The notes under the pieces are model-generated. The model saw only the letters and a program-made list of their open reading frames with translations. It was not told where the DNA came from and ran no database searches. From a virus, in the IMG/VR virus record IMGVR_UViG_3300045412_000547: a stretch of DNA of 64,000 bases; one strand, 5' to 3'. The translations under genes were made by a program, and so were the position numbers. Of this stretch, positions 40,537-50,640 are shown piece by piece; the first letter of the stretch is position 1; every line of letters begins with the position of its first letter.

Positions 40537-40842
40537 ATGAAGTTAAATCTATCTGTAACTAAAGGCGATATTGAAAATGGCGAAAAAGCACAACCTAATA
40601 ACTGTGCTATCGCAAGGGCGTTAAAAAGAAACGTAGCTGGCTTAAAAGAGGTAGCTGTGTTTGTAAATCATGCGCACTTTCGAGTTAACAAAAATAAAAA
40701 AACTGTTAACTACGTTTGCAGTATACCGAAAAAGGCTAATAAGTTTATTAGAGACTTCGACCGCGGGTTAGCCGTGACCCCGTTCAAGTTAAAATTAAAC
40801 TTTACCCCTCTTACCTCGTATAAGTCGTTCGCAAACTACTAA
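40537..40842 (+). CDS. Hypothetical phage protein
   Basis: DIENG...CAIARALKR...FIRDFD motif. Confidence 0.6.
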   Translation: MKLNLSVTKGDIENGEKAQPNNCAIARALKRNVAGLKEVAVFVNHAHFRVNKNKKTVNYVCSIPKKANKFIRDFDRGLAVTPFKLKLNFTPLTSYKSFANY

Positions 40843-41042
40843 GCGAACTTCATAGACGGGCGCTCTTCTTCAGAAAAGAGCTCTAGAATTCGTATATTAT
40901 CCAATATATACCATTCATGGTTTATTTTTATACAGTTTTTAGAAGGGGATAATTCGTTCACCTTCCCTTCATAAACAATATGTCGGCTAACCGGGTAGTT
41001 AATAAACAGTATTTTTCTTTCAACTAACTCTTCTAAATTCAT
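40839..41042 (-). CDS. Hypothetical protein
   Basis: 67-aa ORF, protein-like composition. Confidence 0.5.
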   Translation of the reverse strand: MNLEELVERKILFINYPVSRHIVYEGKVNELSPSKNCIKINHEWYILDNIRILELFSEEERPSMKFA

Positions 41043-41242
41043 TTTCTCTTTTTACCTGCATCACTCCTTTTAGCACGAAACATAGCTTTATGATTATGTC
41101 CTATAGCTTTAATAGGACGTATAAACTGTTCCCTCAAGGATTTTGCTATTCTTTTATTCATATCACCACGGTAACCACTAATTATTTTTGACATTCTTCT
41201 ATTTTAGAGGAACCAATAATATGTGCAAATTAATAAATATAT

Positions 41243-41716
41243 ATGGTGAATTCGGACAATAAATTAATTTTGGAACAATACAAAAAAATTCAAGAAGGTC
41301 TAATAGATAGAACAAAGGCTAATATTTCTTCTATAGGCGGTGAAGTCAGAGGGCTAAAACAAAGGATTGGGGGTCATATAAAAGGAGCAATCGCAGGATA
41401 TAATAAAGATGATGAAGCTTATAATACTGCAAAACAAGAAATAGAAAGCGGTAAAAACCTAGGATTAGATGCAAAAACTAACTCTATTGTCAGATCGCAT
41501 TTTAAAAAATTAAGAGCTGTTATACAAGATTTTACAGATGACTTAACTGAGTTAGATATATTATCCCGAGAAAATGCCCGTTGGTACAATGATGAATTAA
41601 TGAAAGTTATTGAGAATATGACTAAAAAAGAAACAGTACAAAATTTACCAGTACCGGAAAAACCTAAAATTGTTCCAAGAGGAACGGCTGCTGCTTTAGA
41701 AGAACCCGCTGTTTAA
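41243..41716 (+). CDS. Late protein, candidate internal head protein
   Basis: TAAATA upstream; MVNSDNKLILEQY..IQEG. Confidence 0.55.
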   Translation: MVNSDNKLILEQYKKIQEGLIDRTKANISSIGGEVRGLKQRIGGHIKGAIAGYNKDDEAYNTAKQEIESGKNLGLDAKTNSIVRSHFKKLRAVIQDFTDDLTELDILSRENARWYNDELMKVIENMTKKETVQNLPVPEKPKIVPRGTAAALEEPAV

Positions 41717-42141
41717 AGAAAAAATACTTTTAAATTTTCACCATCTTTTACAACAGAAAAGGATCTAAATTGAGCTCGATCTTCGTTTAATTTGTTATAA
41801 AGATCTGGCCAGTCTTCTTCAGTGGTGTTAATAACTTTACCGGAATACATAACAAAATTAAAATTATTATTTGTTTGTTCAATAAAATAGTCAAATTGTG
41901 GAGATTTGCTTTTTATAAAATCAGTTAAAACAGGAAGTAGCTTTTCTTTATTTTTATAACAAAAATCTTCTACACGGGTCTTACAAGAACAGTTAGTCCC
42001 ATTACTAATCATACTTTCTATATCTGCATAAAGTTCTACCGGATATTTTTCTTTAAGTAGGTCTCTAAACTCTGGGCTCGAATAAATAAGCTGACTGAAA
42101 TAATTTCTAACAACGTTTTCGTTGTCTAGCAATAAATTCAT
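41713..42141 (-). CDS. CxC-motif protein, paralogue of 42138-42587
   Basis: NCSCK; GKV...FRSFSVVKDGENLKVFFL. Confidence 0.65.
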   Translation of the reverse strand: MNLLLDNENVVRNYFSQLIYSSPEFRDLLKEKYPVELYADIESMISNGTNCSCKTRVEDFCYKNKEKLLPVLTDFIKSKSPQFDYFIEQTNNNFNFVMYSGKVINTTEEDWPDLYNKLNEDRAQFRSFSVVKDGENLKVFFL

Positions 42142-42587
42142 AAAAAATAAATTTTTAATTTACTGCTGTCTTTAACTATGTGGCAACTTCTATATATAAA
42201 TTTTTCTTGATCCATCTTAATCTTAAATTGTAGAAATTCTTCCGGTGTATCGTCTATTTCAAAAACTTTACCGTATACTTCGGTATAAGAATATTTTTTT
42301 TCAATTATAGAAGGCTCTATTGCAGGTAATAAATTTTTAGTAAATAAAGAGTTTTTTTCATCTTTAAACCAATTATTTAAGAATTCAAAAATAATTCGTC
42401 TATTAGATTCAACATAAGACAAGATTTTATTTCTACATTCACAAGCAGGATTTTGTTTAAATGAATCAATTTGAGGTGAAATTAAAGGAGCAAAATTTTT
42501 TAAACTTTCTATCAACGGCCGAGGCCCGATATAAATAATATCTAATACTACATGAGGAAAATATTTATAATCTTCATTAAAATTCAT
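42138..42587 (-). CDS. CxC-motif protein, paralogue of 41713-42141
   Basis: ACECR; GKV...YRSCHIVKDSSKLKIYFL. Confidence 0.65.
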   Translation of the reverse strand: MNFNEDYKYFPHVVLDIIYIGPRPLIESLKNFAPLISPQIDSFKQNPACECRNKILSYVESNRRIIFEFLNNWFKDEKNSLFTKNLLPAIEPSIIEKKYSYTEVYGKVFEIDDTPEEFLQFKIKMDQEKFIYRSCHIVKDSSKLKIYFL

Positions 42588-42672
42588 ATTAAAAATTTAT
42601 TTAATCATATCAAAAATTCAATACAATAATTACGTAAGTAAGCTCTCACATTTAAAGACACATTAAAGTTGC

Positions 42673-44304
42673 CTAATTTGCAGATCCCGGGGTTGCAGTG
42701 TAACCACCATATAGCATTGCATGACCTGAAATATCATTAGCCCACATAACTAAAGACATTGGATTAGAAGCATCGACTTCAGCCCAATCCTCACCACCCA
42801 CAGTATGATCCCAATTACAATATCCCATGCTAACAGGGAAAGGGCAAGGTACTGTTGTTTGTAATTGTTGTATGATAGGTATGTTGCACCCATGATAGCA
42901 TTTGTTCGGAGGCGGTCCCGGTTCACAACAAGGTCTTTGTTCACTATCTTCGTTACCTATTTGTTTCGTAAATGAATAACACTTACATATATTTTCGTAG
43001 TTTTCGATCTTGCTTTTCCAATTTTCTAGCCATGCCTTAAAAGTATCAACAAAGTTCTTTACATCTTTTTCAGTTGTAAGAAATAAATCATATATCTGCA
43101 GCCCAAAATTATCTAGATCTTCTACCCCTTGTTCAACTGCTTCTTTAGTCCAAAATTTCCTTGAATAACCTATAATATCTTCAAAAGTATTAGGAAAAGG
43201 GGTACCATGCGCACCAACAGCAGAATGTATCATGCTCCATATATCTCGTGCAGAATAAGGTTCCATATTTCCTTGTATAAATTCACAGGGTTTACCTAAA
43301 CAACTGCCGCATCCCCTCGCGCAGGAATCTTTAACAGAGTTTACAAACTCTTTAACCTTACATTTATATTTTGCTGTAAAAGCATCTACTAATGCTTCTA
43401 AAAGGCCTGTAGCTGGTGTATTAAGAAAATTATCAATAGTTTTCTTAAATTCATCTCTTATCCACATTTTTCCAATTTTTACTAATGAAAAACAAAACAA
43501 TTCCCCGGCTGGTAAGGCGCTCCAATTAGTATGTAATCTTTTTCCTTTTTCTGCTGCCCAAGAAGGAGTATTATTTAGTTTTTGCATATCTTCTTCATGC
43601 CACTTAATTCCTATTGCCATTTTTGAAGAAACAGTTGTTAAGCAAGCTATAGCTTCATTAAGAGCTTTTATGGTGCCGTTTTTATCTTCAATATAGCATC
43701 CTGTTTTTTCACAGGGCCCATCGTCACCGTAAGTAATAAAGCTCGCAGGGCATCTCCTAGGCTTTTTAATTCTATCAAATTCCGGCCATTTATTACCATC
43801 TAAGCAAGACCCGGATACAAGCCAAATATTTAAAGCAGATTCCATATCTTTCCATACCTTACTTGCTGCATTATAATCAGCAAGACCAGAGTTGCATAAA
43901 CAACCTTTATCGTCATCATTCTCAATGTCCTCCTCTAAAAGAGAAGGCACATAACAAAAAACGTTGCTTCCTATTTGGTTTGAAAGTTCAGGAAAAGTAT
44001 TGACCGCATGCACAAAAAAAGAATTGAATACAGCCAGTATACTACCTTCCGCGGCTGAAGATTGTCGGAATACTGAATAAAATGCAGTTCCGGCTAAAAA
44101 AAGAGCTCCTGCGGCGCTCTCCCAGAATGTTATAAACAAACCATCAAATAACGCTTTGGCTTGTGCTGCTAATTCATTACTAGGATCTGATACAGTGTTC
44201 CAAGCGGCAACAGGTAATGGCGGGCAATAACAGCAAGTACTTGTGCACTCGCTTGATGTAGGCCCATTCGGCCACTTTGGAGGAGGTGGTGTCGGTCTTG
44301 CCAT
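42673..44304 (-). CDS. Cysteine-rich late protein of unknown function
   Basis: About 26 Cys in 543 aa; TAAATA 5 nt upstream. Confidence 0.7.
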   Translation of the reverse strand: MARPTPPPPKWPNGPTSSECTSTCCYCPPLPVAAWNTVSDPSNELAAQAKALFDGLFITFWESAAGALFLAGTAFYSVFRQSSAAEGSILAVFNSFFVHAVNTFPELSNQIGSNVFCYVPSLLEEDIENDDDKGCLCNSGLADYNAASKVWKDMESALNIWLVSGSCLDGNKWPEFDRIKKPRRCPASFITYGDDGPCEKTGCYIEDKNGTIKALNEAIACLTTVSSKMAIGIKWHEEDMQKLNNTPSWAAEKGKRLHTNWSALPAGELFCFSLVKIGKMWIRDEFKKTIDNFLNTPATGLLEALVDAFTAKYKCKVKEFVNSVKDSCARGCGSCLGKPCEFIQGNMEPYSARDIWSMIHSAVGAHGTPFPNTFEDIIGYSRKFWTKEAVEQGVEDLDNFGLQIYDLFLTTEKDVKNFVDTFKAWLENWKSKIENYENICKCYSFTKQIGNEDSEQRPCCEPGPPPNKCYHGCNIPIIQQLQTTVPCPFPVSMGYCNWDHTVGGEDWAEVDASNPMSLVMWANDISGHAMLYGGYTATPGSAN

Positions 44305-44312
44305 ATAATTAT

Positions 44313-45014
44313 TTATGAAATATTAATAACTTTCATTGTTGTGTTGTTTAAAGGATTTATATAAAACATACCTACAAAATTAGACCAGTTTAAATTAGAA
44401 ATATTTTTATTTAATGTTATAGGAGTATTGTATGTAATATTTGCTAATTGAATACTAGATGTAGATTGATTTGTATTTTTAAAAACACTGCAAATAGCTG
44501 ATCTAAGAGAGTCTAAAACCAAGTTTACTTGAAAAGTATTTCCTGGTACTTTTGCTTCATTTTTAAAAGCATCGATATAAGTGTTTCTGTTAAAATCTAA
44601 ATTTTGTGTTTGGTTTTGTTCAATTTCATAACCAACGCGGGGATGACCATTATTAACACTTAAGTTTTTCATAGGTAATAGGGGTACATTACATGATGCA
44701 TTTGATTCAAAAATAGATACTGCATAAAAATTTTTATAAAAATAATAGTTTACACCGGACCCGTCGCAACCACCTATATTTTGATTTGGAGGATAGACTA
44801 AAACATTATTATTTAAGCTATACTCAGAAAGCGGTTTAATAGTTTTAGATGTTTTATATATATATTCTGGGTATTGAAAAGCTACCATAAAAATATCTTT
44901 AATTATATTCTCTGGTATATCTTGAGAAACATCAAAGGAAGCAGTAAGTACTCTTTCTAAAATAGCATTGTTTTCAATTTTTAAAATACCTTCTTTTGGT
45001 TGTAGGGTAATCAT
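44313..45014 (-). CDS. Hypothetical, probably structural protein
   Basis: Tightly packed in the 48720-42673 operon. Confidence 0.6.
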   Translation of the reverse strand: MITLQPKEGILKIENNAILERVLTASFDVSQDIPENIIKDIFMVAFQYPEYIYKTSKTIKPLSEYSLNNNVLVYPPNQNIGGCDGSGVNYYFYKNFYAVSIFESNASCNVPLLPMKNLSVNNGHPRVGYEIEQNQTQNLDFNRNTYIDAFKNEAKVPGNTFQVNLVLDSLRSAICSVFKNTNQSTSSIQLANITYNTPITLNKNISNLNWSNFVGMFYINPLNNTTMKVINIS

Positions 45015-45017
45015 AAA

Positions 45018-48000
45018 TTATTCTGGATAAGTGGGTAGAGGTAGAGATGTTGCTTGCGGAATGCTAAATACTTTAGAATTAGTTCCAATTAAGGTTCTCG
45101 ACTTACGTCTTGAATGCATAATACTTAAAGTTCCATAAACATTAGATATATCATAAAAGACAAAATCATTACTATTGTCATAAGCTAATGCAGTTATATA
45201 GCTGCCGGAGTCTGTAATAAAGTAGCTATTATAGTTAAATATTTTTTTAGACAAAATATTTAAAGACGGAAAGCTGTCTCCATAAAAATAATAAAAATCT
45301 TGTGCACGAGCTGTACTTACATACATATATTTAGTATCAGCTAAAAATATATCTTCATCTTCAATGTATGAATTTTTATCTCTACCTATTTCTGGGTAAT
45401 GAAGAAGCTTATTACATTCAAATGTTATGTTATTGTTTTTGAAGACGGAAAGGGGAAGAAAAAAATTATCTAAATAACCGAGTGAAATATTATTAGAAAT
45501 ATGACTAAAAGAACTTAAGCCTATACTAACTGAAGACAAGCTATAATCGACAGATTGATCTAAATTAAAAATATTATTAGGATCAATAAATGTAAATACT
45601 ATTTTATTATTATCAATTTTAAATGAGCCTCCTGTGTTTCCTATTGTAACGTTTGCAGCACTAAGGGAAGAATTAAAACGTTGACCAGAAAGACCAGTAT
45701 ATATGTAAAGATCAAGGTTATTAACTTTAAGGAAGTTATATAATGAACCAGAAAACGGAATTATAAAAGTATCATCATATGTTAAATTTTCTTTATAAAT
45801 ATTTGTGTTATTTAACAAAGCAGAATAAAGATAAGGCACACTTCCTTTACTTAACACTAAAGACGTATCTACTGTTGGAATAAAAAGTGTACCTGGAGCG
45901 TTTCTTAAAGATTTTTTTAATTTTACATGGTTTACTTGATCATAGGTGTAAGAAGTGTAATAACTGCTTAGAGCGGGAGGTATTTTATTATTCCACCCAT
46001 CTTGAATCCAAGTATAATTTACTAAATATACATCACCGGTGTAACCAAGAGGGGATGTGTTAAGCATTAAAATGGTTGGTAAATTGTTATAGAAATTATC
46101 TTGTAGAGGTATAGCGGTGGTGGTATATACAAGACTATAATCAGGGCCGTTTCCTGGATTTGTAATACATGCATATACAGCAAATGAAAAAGGTGTTACT
46201 TTATTATTACTATCTTTTTTAATAAAAGTTTTTTCTAGAAAATCATATTCAACAACTGTGTTAAAAAGCCTTTTTGCAGATGAAAGACCATTACTATAGC
46301 TGATTGTATAATTTGAAGATAAAAACGAATAAGGCGAATTTGTAAGCTCAACAACGCCTGCACTGATATTTATAAATTGACTGCCAGAAACGGGTAGCGT
46401 AGAAACAGAATACCAGTATGAATTAATATTCCAACTAGTTGGTATAATTGTAAGAGTATACTGATAATAATATTCGTTTGTATATGTTTGTCCTGTTCCG
46501 GTAAGAGGATGATTAATACCCCATACAGGCATTTTATCGTAAAAAGGAGCACCTACAAAGTTATATTTTGGAACATCCATTTCAAAATAATATCTAAATT
46601 TTTCAGATTCTATGTTGAAAAATGAAGATAAGTTGAGAACATGAGCAGGAACAACTAGGGAAGTTAGAGCATGGACTCTACTAACTCCTTCCCCATATAT
46701 ATCTGACCATATAGTTGTATCTGCAGGAATATATGCTGGATATAATGAAGTCAAGATAGGTGAATGTGAATAAAAACTTGACGGTATATCAAAAATTGTT
46801 ATTATATTGTCCTGAAACTCTGGATCTAATTTCCAGATAGCAACATCACCATTAAAAGAGGAAAGATGTAATGGCTCATTCATAAAGCCGGTTAATGCCG
46901 CGAGATCTACATAAAGACCGCTTAATTCCTTTGCATAAGCATTATATGTACCAGTTAATTTTGCAAAAGCTGTCTTTACTATTTTTGAATTATATAAATC
47001 TTGTTGATTGTTATATGAATCTAAGTTTGTTTTTACTTGATATAAATCAATTATAATACCAGCACCTATATTGTTTTTATTATCAATAGAAAAACCATAA
47101 TTTCCAAGTGCACAGAGGACATTAAATAGCGTAATTGGATAAAATTTTTGCCCGTTATTTTTAAAATTTATGCATTTATATGCTATAGTAGTCCCCCCCG
47201 GGGACCAAGGATTTCCTCCCTCTAAGAACTGAGATCTAGGTATTTTAAGATTATTGATATTACTTGATAGTTGTGGATAATAATTTACAATAAAATATTC
47301 ACCGGGGTTAAAGTTGGCTGTAAGGGGTAAATTATATAAATTTAAATCAAAAATTGCAGATGTGGGAAATGCGGGATCTACTAATACGCCTGATAACTTT
47401 AGGGGTGACGAAAAATTATTTCCAAAATTTCTAAAATTATTTGCTAATACATTATTAAAAGTATCATTTGTATTAGGTATAAACGTAAAGTTATTTGTAT
47501 CTGGAATATAATTTACTAAGTTCTCAAACCCGGAAAGATGGGATAAATAAAATAAATCGTTTTTGTAAAAACCGGTATTTACAGGTATGACATTACTAGT
47601 TAATGAATTTAATAATGTTTTTATTCTTATAAATGAATCGTACTCACCAATATTTCTAAATAGCGTTGCAAAATCAAACGTTATTGGGCTGTAGGAAACA
47701 TATTTTGGTAAATATTGAAAATATGATTGATTATAAAAATCTGGATAAACTTTATCATTTTTATTATCATTGTATAGTAAATTAAATACATCTTCTTCCC
47801 TATCTACAAGGATGGATTGAAATGAAGTTATTCTGTAAGAGTACGGTGCTTTATTTACAGCATATCTTAAATTAATTGTAGAAAGAACTCTTGCGTAATC
47901 AGAGGTAAGATAGGATGTAGATGGTATTCCGGTAATTCCGTTTAAAATTGTTTTATTTGAAATAATACTTGTAAGATAACTATGTTTTTGACGATTGGTT

Positions 48001-48344
48001 GTTATTGAATTAAGATATTCGCTAAGACGAGTCCTGCTGCCGTCTTTAAGTGTTCCTATAATCTCGTAAAGGCCCCAACCGCTCAAATGCGGTGTTGATA
48101 CAAGTGGTGTAAATGTACCATTAACAGAAGAATCATATTCACCGCTTAGAGTTGGAAATAAAGAAAATTCAATTTTTTCCCAATTCAAATTATTCTGAGG
48201 AAAATCTTTATTTACAAATTTTAATTCACCGGGTATATAGTTATTCTGTAATCCAAGAATTAATTTTTTAAAATCATCTTGTGAAGGACGGTCCCCAGTC
48301 TTAAAATTAAACAAACTATTGTTAAAAAAATAATTAGTAGACAT
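45018..48344 (-). CDS. Large Asn/Ser/Tyr-rich putative virion/tail protein
   Basis: 1108 aa; N-terminal FKTGDRPSQDDFKKLI resembles tail-attachment motifs; recurring LSG/LSS/LTG. Confidence 0.6.
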   Translation of the reverse strand: MSTNYFFNNSLFNFKTGDRPSQDDFKKLILGLQNNYIPGELKFVNKDFPQNNLNWEKIEFSLFPTLSGEYDSSVNGTFTPLVSTPHLSGWGLYEIIGTLKDGSRTRLSEYLNSITTNRQKHSYLTSIISNKTILNGITGIPSTSYLTSDYARVLSTINLRYAVNKAPYSYRITSFQSILVDREEDVFNLLYNDNKNDKVYPDFYNQSYFQYLPKYVSYSPITFDFATLFRNIGEYDSFIRIKTLLNSLTSNVIPVNTGFYKNDLFYLSHLSGFENLVNYIPDTNNFTFIPNTNDTFNNVLANNFRNFGNNFSSPLKLSGVLVDPAFPTSAIFDLNLYNLPLTANFNPGEYFIVNYYPQLSSNINNLKIPRSQFLEGGNPWSPGGTTIAYKCINFKNNGQKFYPITLFNVLCALGNYGFSIDNKNNIGAGIIIDLYQVKTNLDSYNNQQDLYNSKIVKTAFAKLTGTYNAYAKELSGLYVDLAALTGFMNEPLHLSSFNGDVAIWKLDPEFQDNIITIFDIPSSFYSHSPILTSLYPAYIPADTTIWSDIYGEGVSRVHALTSLVVPAHVLNLSSFFNIESEKFRYYFEMDVPKYNFVGAPFYDKMPVWGINHPLTGTGQTYTNEYYYQYTLTIIPTSWNINSYWYSVSTLPVSGSQFINISAGVVELTNSPYSFLSSNYTISYSNGLSSAKRLFNTVVEYDFLEKTFIKKDSNNKVTPFSFAVYACITNPGNGPDYSLVYTTTAIPLQDNFYNNLPTILMLNTSPLGYTGDVYLVNYTWIQDGWNNKIPPALSSYYTSYTYDQVNHVKLKKSLRNAPGTLFIPTVDTSLVLSKGSVPYLYSALLNNTNIYKENLTYDDTFIIPFSGSLYNFLKVNNLDLYIYTGLSGQRFNSSLSAANVTIGNTGGSFKIDNNKIVFTFIDPNNIFNLDQSVDYSLSSVSIGLSSFSHISNNISLGYLDNFFLPLSVFKNNNITFECNKLLHYPEIGRDKNSYIEDEDIFLADTKYMYVSTARAQDFYYFYGDSFPSLNILSKKIFNYNSYFITDSGSYITALAYDNSNDFVFYDISNVYGTLSIMHSRRKSRTLIGTNSKVFSIPQATSLPLPTYPE

Positions 48345-48720
48345 AAATTTTATTTGTTAAGTTTAAACTAGAACAGATATTTGTTACAGTATCTATATCC
48401 ATGGTCCCGGTTTGCTCTATAGTAAAGTATTTACCAGTAACATTGGTAACAGAGGTATAAGTAGAAATTACCCCAGCTGTTAATAAGCTAAACATTGTTG
48501 CAAAAAAATTATCTCTATTAGCGTAAGTATAGACTAAAGACGTGAAGGTATTAATTAATTCATATCTTCTATTTTTTAAGGTTTCAGGAAACCATTGATA
48601 ATCGTAATTTGTAAAACTGTCTTCGAACCATTGTCTGTTTAAAGTATTACCTTGTATACAGGAAAGAGGATAAAAGTGCAAGTCTTTACCGAAAAAAAAT
48701 TCTACTCTTGAAAACGCCAT
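48334..48720 (-). CDS. Hypothetical, probably structural protein
   Basis: Overlaps both neighbours in the operon. Confidence 0.55.
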   Translation of the reverse strand: MAFSRVEFFFGKDLHFYPLSCIQGNTLNRQWFEDSFTNYDYQWFPETLKNRRYELINTFTSLVYTYANRDNFFATMFSLLTAGVISTYTSVTNVTGKYFTIEQTGTMDIDTVTNICSSLNLTNKIYVY

Positions 48721-49184
48721 TATCTTGACTCACTATTAGTATTAGTTACCCCTGCATTAATATTTTTTGGTAAAATTGAAGTATTATTTGTTTCAGCTTT
48801 TTTCGCTTCTTTCATATATTCCGTACCAATACGAATCCCTTCATCCCTAAATTCTGGATTTTGATTCATAAACTCCCAAAAAATTCCAACTAACGCACTC
48901 ACAGCGTTCATACTATCTTTACTTCGATTTTCACTTGCTTGGTTTAAGGTTTCAGATGTTTGTACTATTTTAACAGTATTCGGATATTCTTGACTCAATT
49001 CTTGAGCTGTTTTATTTTTAATTTTATCTGTTACCATTCGAGCCCTGTTGTCATTAGCTTGCAAACCGGACGCTAAAATAACAGAGGCAGCAATAACAGC
49101 TTTTATTTTATCTAGCATAGTACCTTCTTCTAAAACATAAATTTGTTTATAATTTTCGTATATATTAATTATGTCTAAATTCAC
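48720..49184 (-). CDS. Late protein with internal hydrophobic helix, candidate internal/ejected protein
   Basis: MNLDIINIYENY..VLEEG followed by AVIAASVILASGLQA. Confidence 0.55.
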   Translation of the reverse strand: MNLDIINIYENYKQIYVLEEGTMLDKIKAVIAASVILASGLQANDNRARMVTDKIKNKTAQELSQEYPNTVKIVQTSETLNQASENRSKDSMNAVSALVGIFWEFMNQNPEFRDEGIRIGTEYMKEAKKAETNNTSILPKNINAGVTNTNSESR

Positions 49185-49210
49185 GACATATATATTTATA
49201 TAAAAAGAAG

Positions 49211-49669
49211 TTAAAACGATGTGGAAAACAAAACTTTATCTACAAATTCTTTAGTTTTATTTTTACCGATAAGTGCCAGAGGGCGCCCAAGGTTTTAGGA
49301 TTTTGTCTTTGCTTTAATATATTATTAAAGTCTTTTGGTGGGCTTATAAAAATGAAGTCGGGTGAGAAAAAGTCGGCCCACTCGGGTAATGTCCTCTGAT
49401 ACTCCTTTAGCTCTTGGCACAACTGAGATAGATATATGTTTTTTTCCTTTGAATATGTTATGTCGCAAAATATGCCGGTAATATTGCCGTTGAGTGCTAT
49501 CAAATCGAAACCAAAAATGCCACATTCGTGAGAATAGTGAGGGTACGAAACGCAATGTATCACCGATATTCTTCTGTTTGAACTTTGAAAATATTCTAAG
49601 TATCCGTATATTATTTGACAATTTGCGAAAAACCAATTTTGCCAAACGTGCTTTCCTTGATACTATCAT
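49211..49669 (-). pseudogene. Frameshifted ferredoxin-dependent bilin reductase (PcyA/PcyX-like)
   Basis: IHCVSYP, IFGFDLIA, RTLPEWADFFS, QRQNPKT in one frame; the start ATG (49669) and the C-terminal IGKNKTKEFVDKVLF are out of frame with it. Confidence 0.7.
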
Positions 49670-49806
49670 AGCTTTATTTTGTCAGGATGTTGGGCATCCT
49701 CAGCGGACTGTAAAGTTGGTACTTCGGGATATTTTGTCTCTTGTTCTTCAACGGACAAAGGTGAGCAACCTGCAAAAATTAAAGACAATAATATTACTTT
49801 TTTCAT
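49666..49806 (-). CDS. Small lipoprotein (46 aa; absent from the ORF track)
   Basis: Manual translation MKKVILLSLIFAGCSPLSVEEQETKYPEVPTLQSAEDAQHPDKIKL; lipobox FAGC. Confidence 0.7.
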   Translation of the reverse strand: MKKVILLSLIFAGCSPLSVEEQETKYPEVPTLQSAEDAQHPDKIKL

Positions 49807-49901
49807 TTACTCAAATTAAAAACTTTTTGTAATTATTTCTTTTTTTGTCAGATTTTTTATTAGTGTTTTCATATTTGCATCTTGATATATTAAATATTAA
49901 A

Positions 49902-50081
49902 GTGAAAAGTTTCAAGGTTTTTTATTTAGAAGAAAAAAGAAAAAAGCGGAAGAAAAAAAGAAAAAGAAAATCTTTCTTTCGTCCATATGGTTGGTGGGGA
50001 TGGGGTCCGGGTTATTACGGGGGGTTGCCCGGGGGAGGATATGACGGAGGATATGAGGGAGGCGATAGTGGGAGTGAGTAA
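49902..50081 (+). CDS. Small late protein: polybasic stretch plus Gly/Tyr/Trp tail
   Basis: TAAATA 5 nt before GTG; MKSFKVFYLEEKRKKRKKKRKRK... Confidence 0.65.
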   Translation: MKSFKVFYLEEKRKKRKKKRKRKSFFRPYGWWGWGPGYYGGLPGGGYDGGYEGGDSGSE

Positions 50082-50332
50082 TGTTATACAGAAAAAAGTA
50101 TTCTGATTGTAGGTTATTTTGGATTGTAAATCCAATAAATAACCATACCAAGGAATTATATCTAGTATGGCTTTTTGATAAGAATCGATTTGGGATACGC
50201 AAGTATTTTGTTTATAAAAATAATGCTAGAAAACCGCCCTTCACTGATATAATACGAATATATGATATTGATGAACGAGATCGTGTTAGATTTACGGAAG
50301 AAGGCATTTCAATAGCTGTCGAGACTAAATAA
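50081..50332 (+). CDS. MxY...FTxEG family protein
   Basis: MLY ... FTEEGI. Confidence 0.65.
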   Translation: MLYRKKYSDCRLFWIVNPINNHTKELYLVWLFDKNRFGIRKYFVYKNNARKPPFTDIIRIYDIDERDRVRFTEEGISIAVETK

Positions 50333-50410
50333 TTACATGGGCACGTTCAGTGTGTTTGAAATATTTTATTATGTTACCATTGCATTAGCTGTCTTCTACG
50401 GGCTAAGTTA

Positions 50411-50560
50411 ATGAGTGCATGGCTCATAGCTGTAGTCACTGTGCTATACGCCAGTATATCTATATCTTACTTAATAAAGGGCAATTTTGGTATGGCTTGG
50501 ATTTGGGGTGGTTATGCTTTTGCTAATGGCGGTTTTCTTTACTTAGAGCTTAATAAATAA
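50411..50560 (+). CDS. Small two-helix membrane protein (absent from the ORF track)
   Basis: Manual translation MSAWLIAVVTVLYASISISYLIKGNFGMAWIWGGYAFANGGFLYLELNK. Confidence 0.6.
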   Translation: MSAWLIAVVTVLYASISISYLIKGNFGMAWIWGGYAFANGGFLYLELNK

Positions 50561-50640
50561 TTGATTTATTTCATACGTACAAAGGAACCCCTTCTAAGAC
50601 TTTTAGGATACTTTCTTTGCAGAAAAGAAATTTTATTTAT

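Noticed and set aside
49325-49832. ORF-track calls 49325-49669 (-) and 49494-49832 (+)
   Set aside because: Better explained by the frameshifted bilin reductase and the 46-aa lipoprotein
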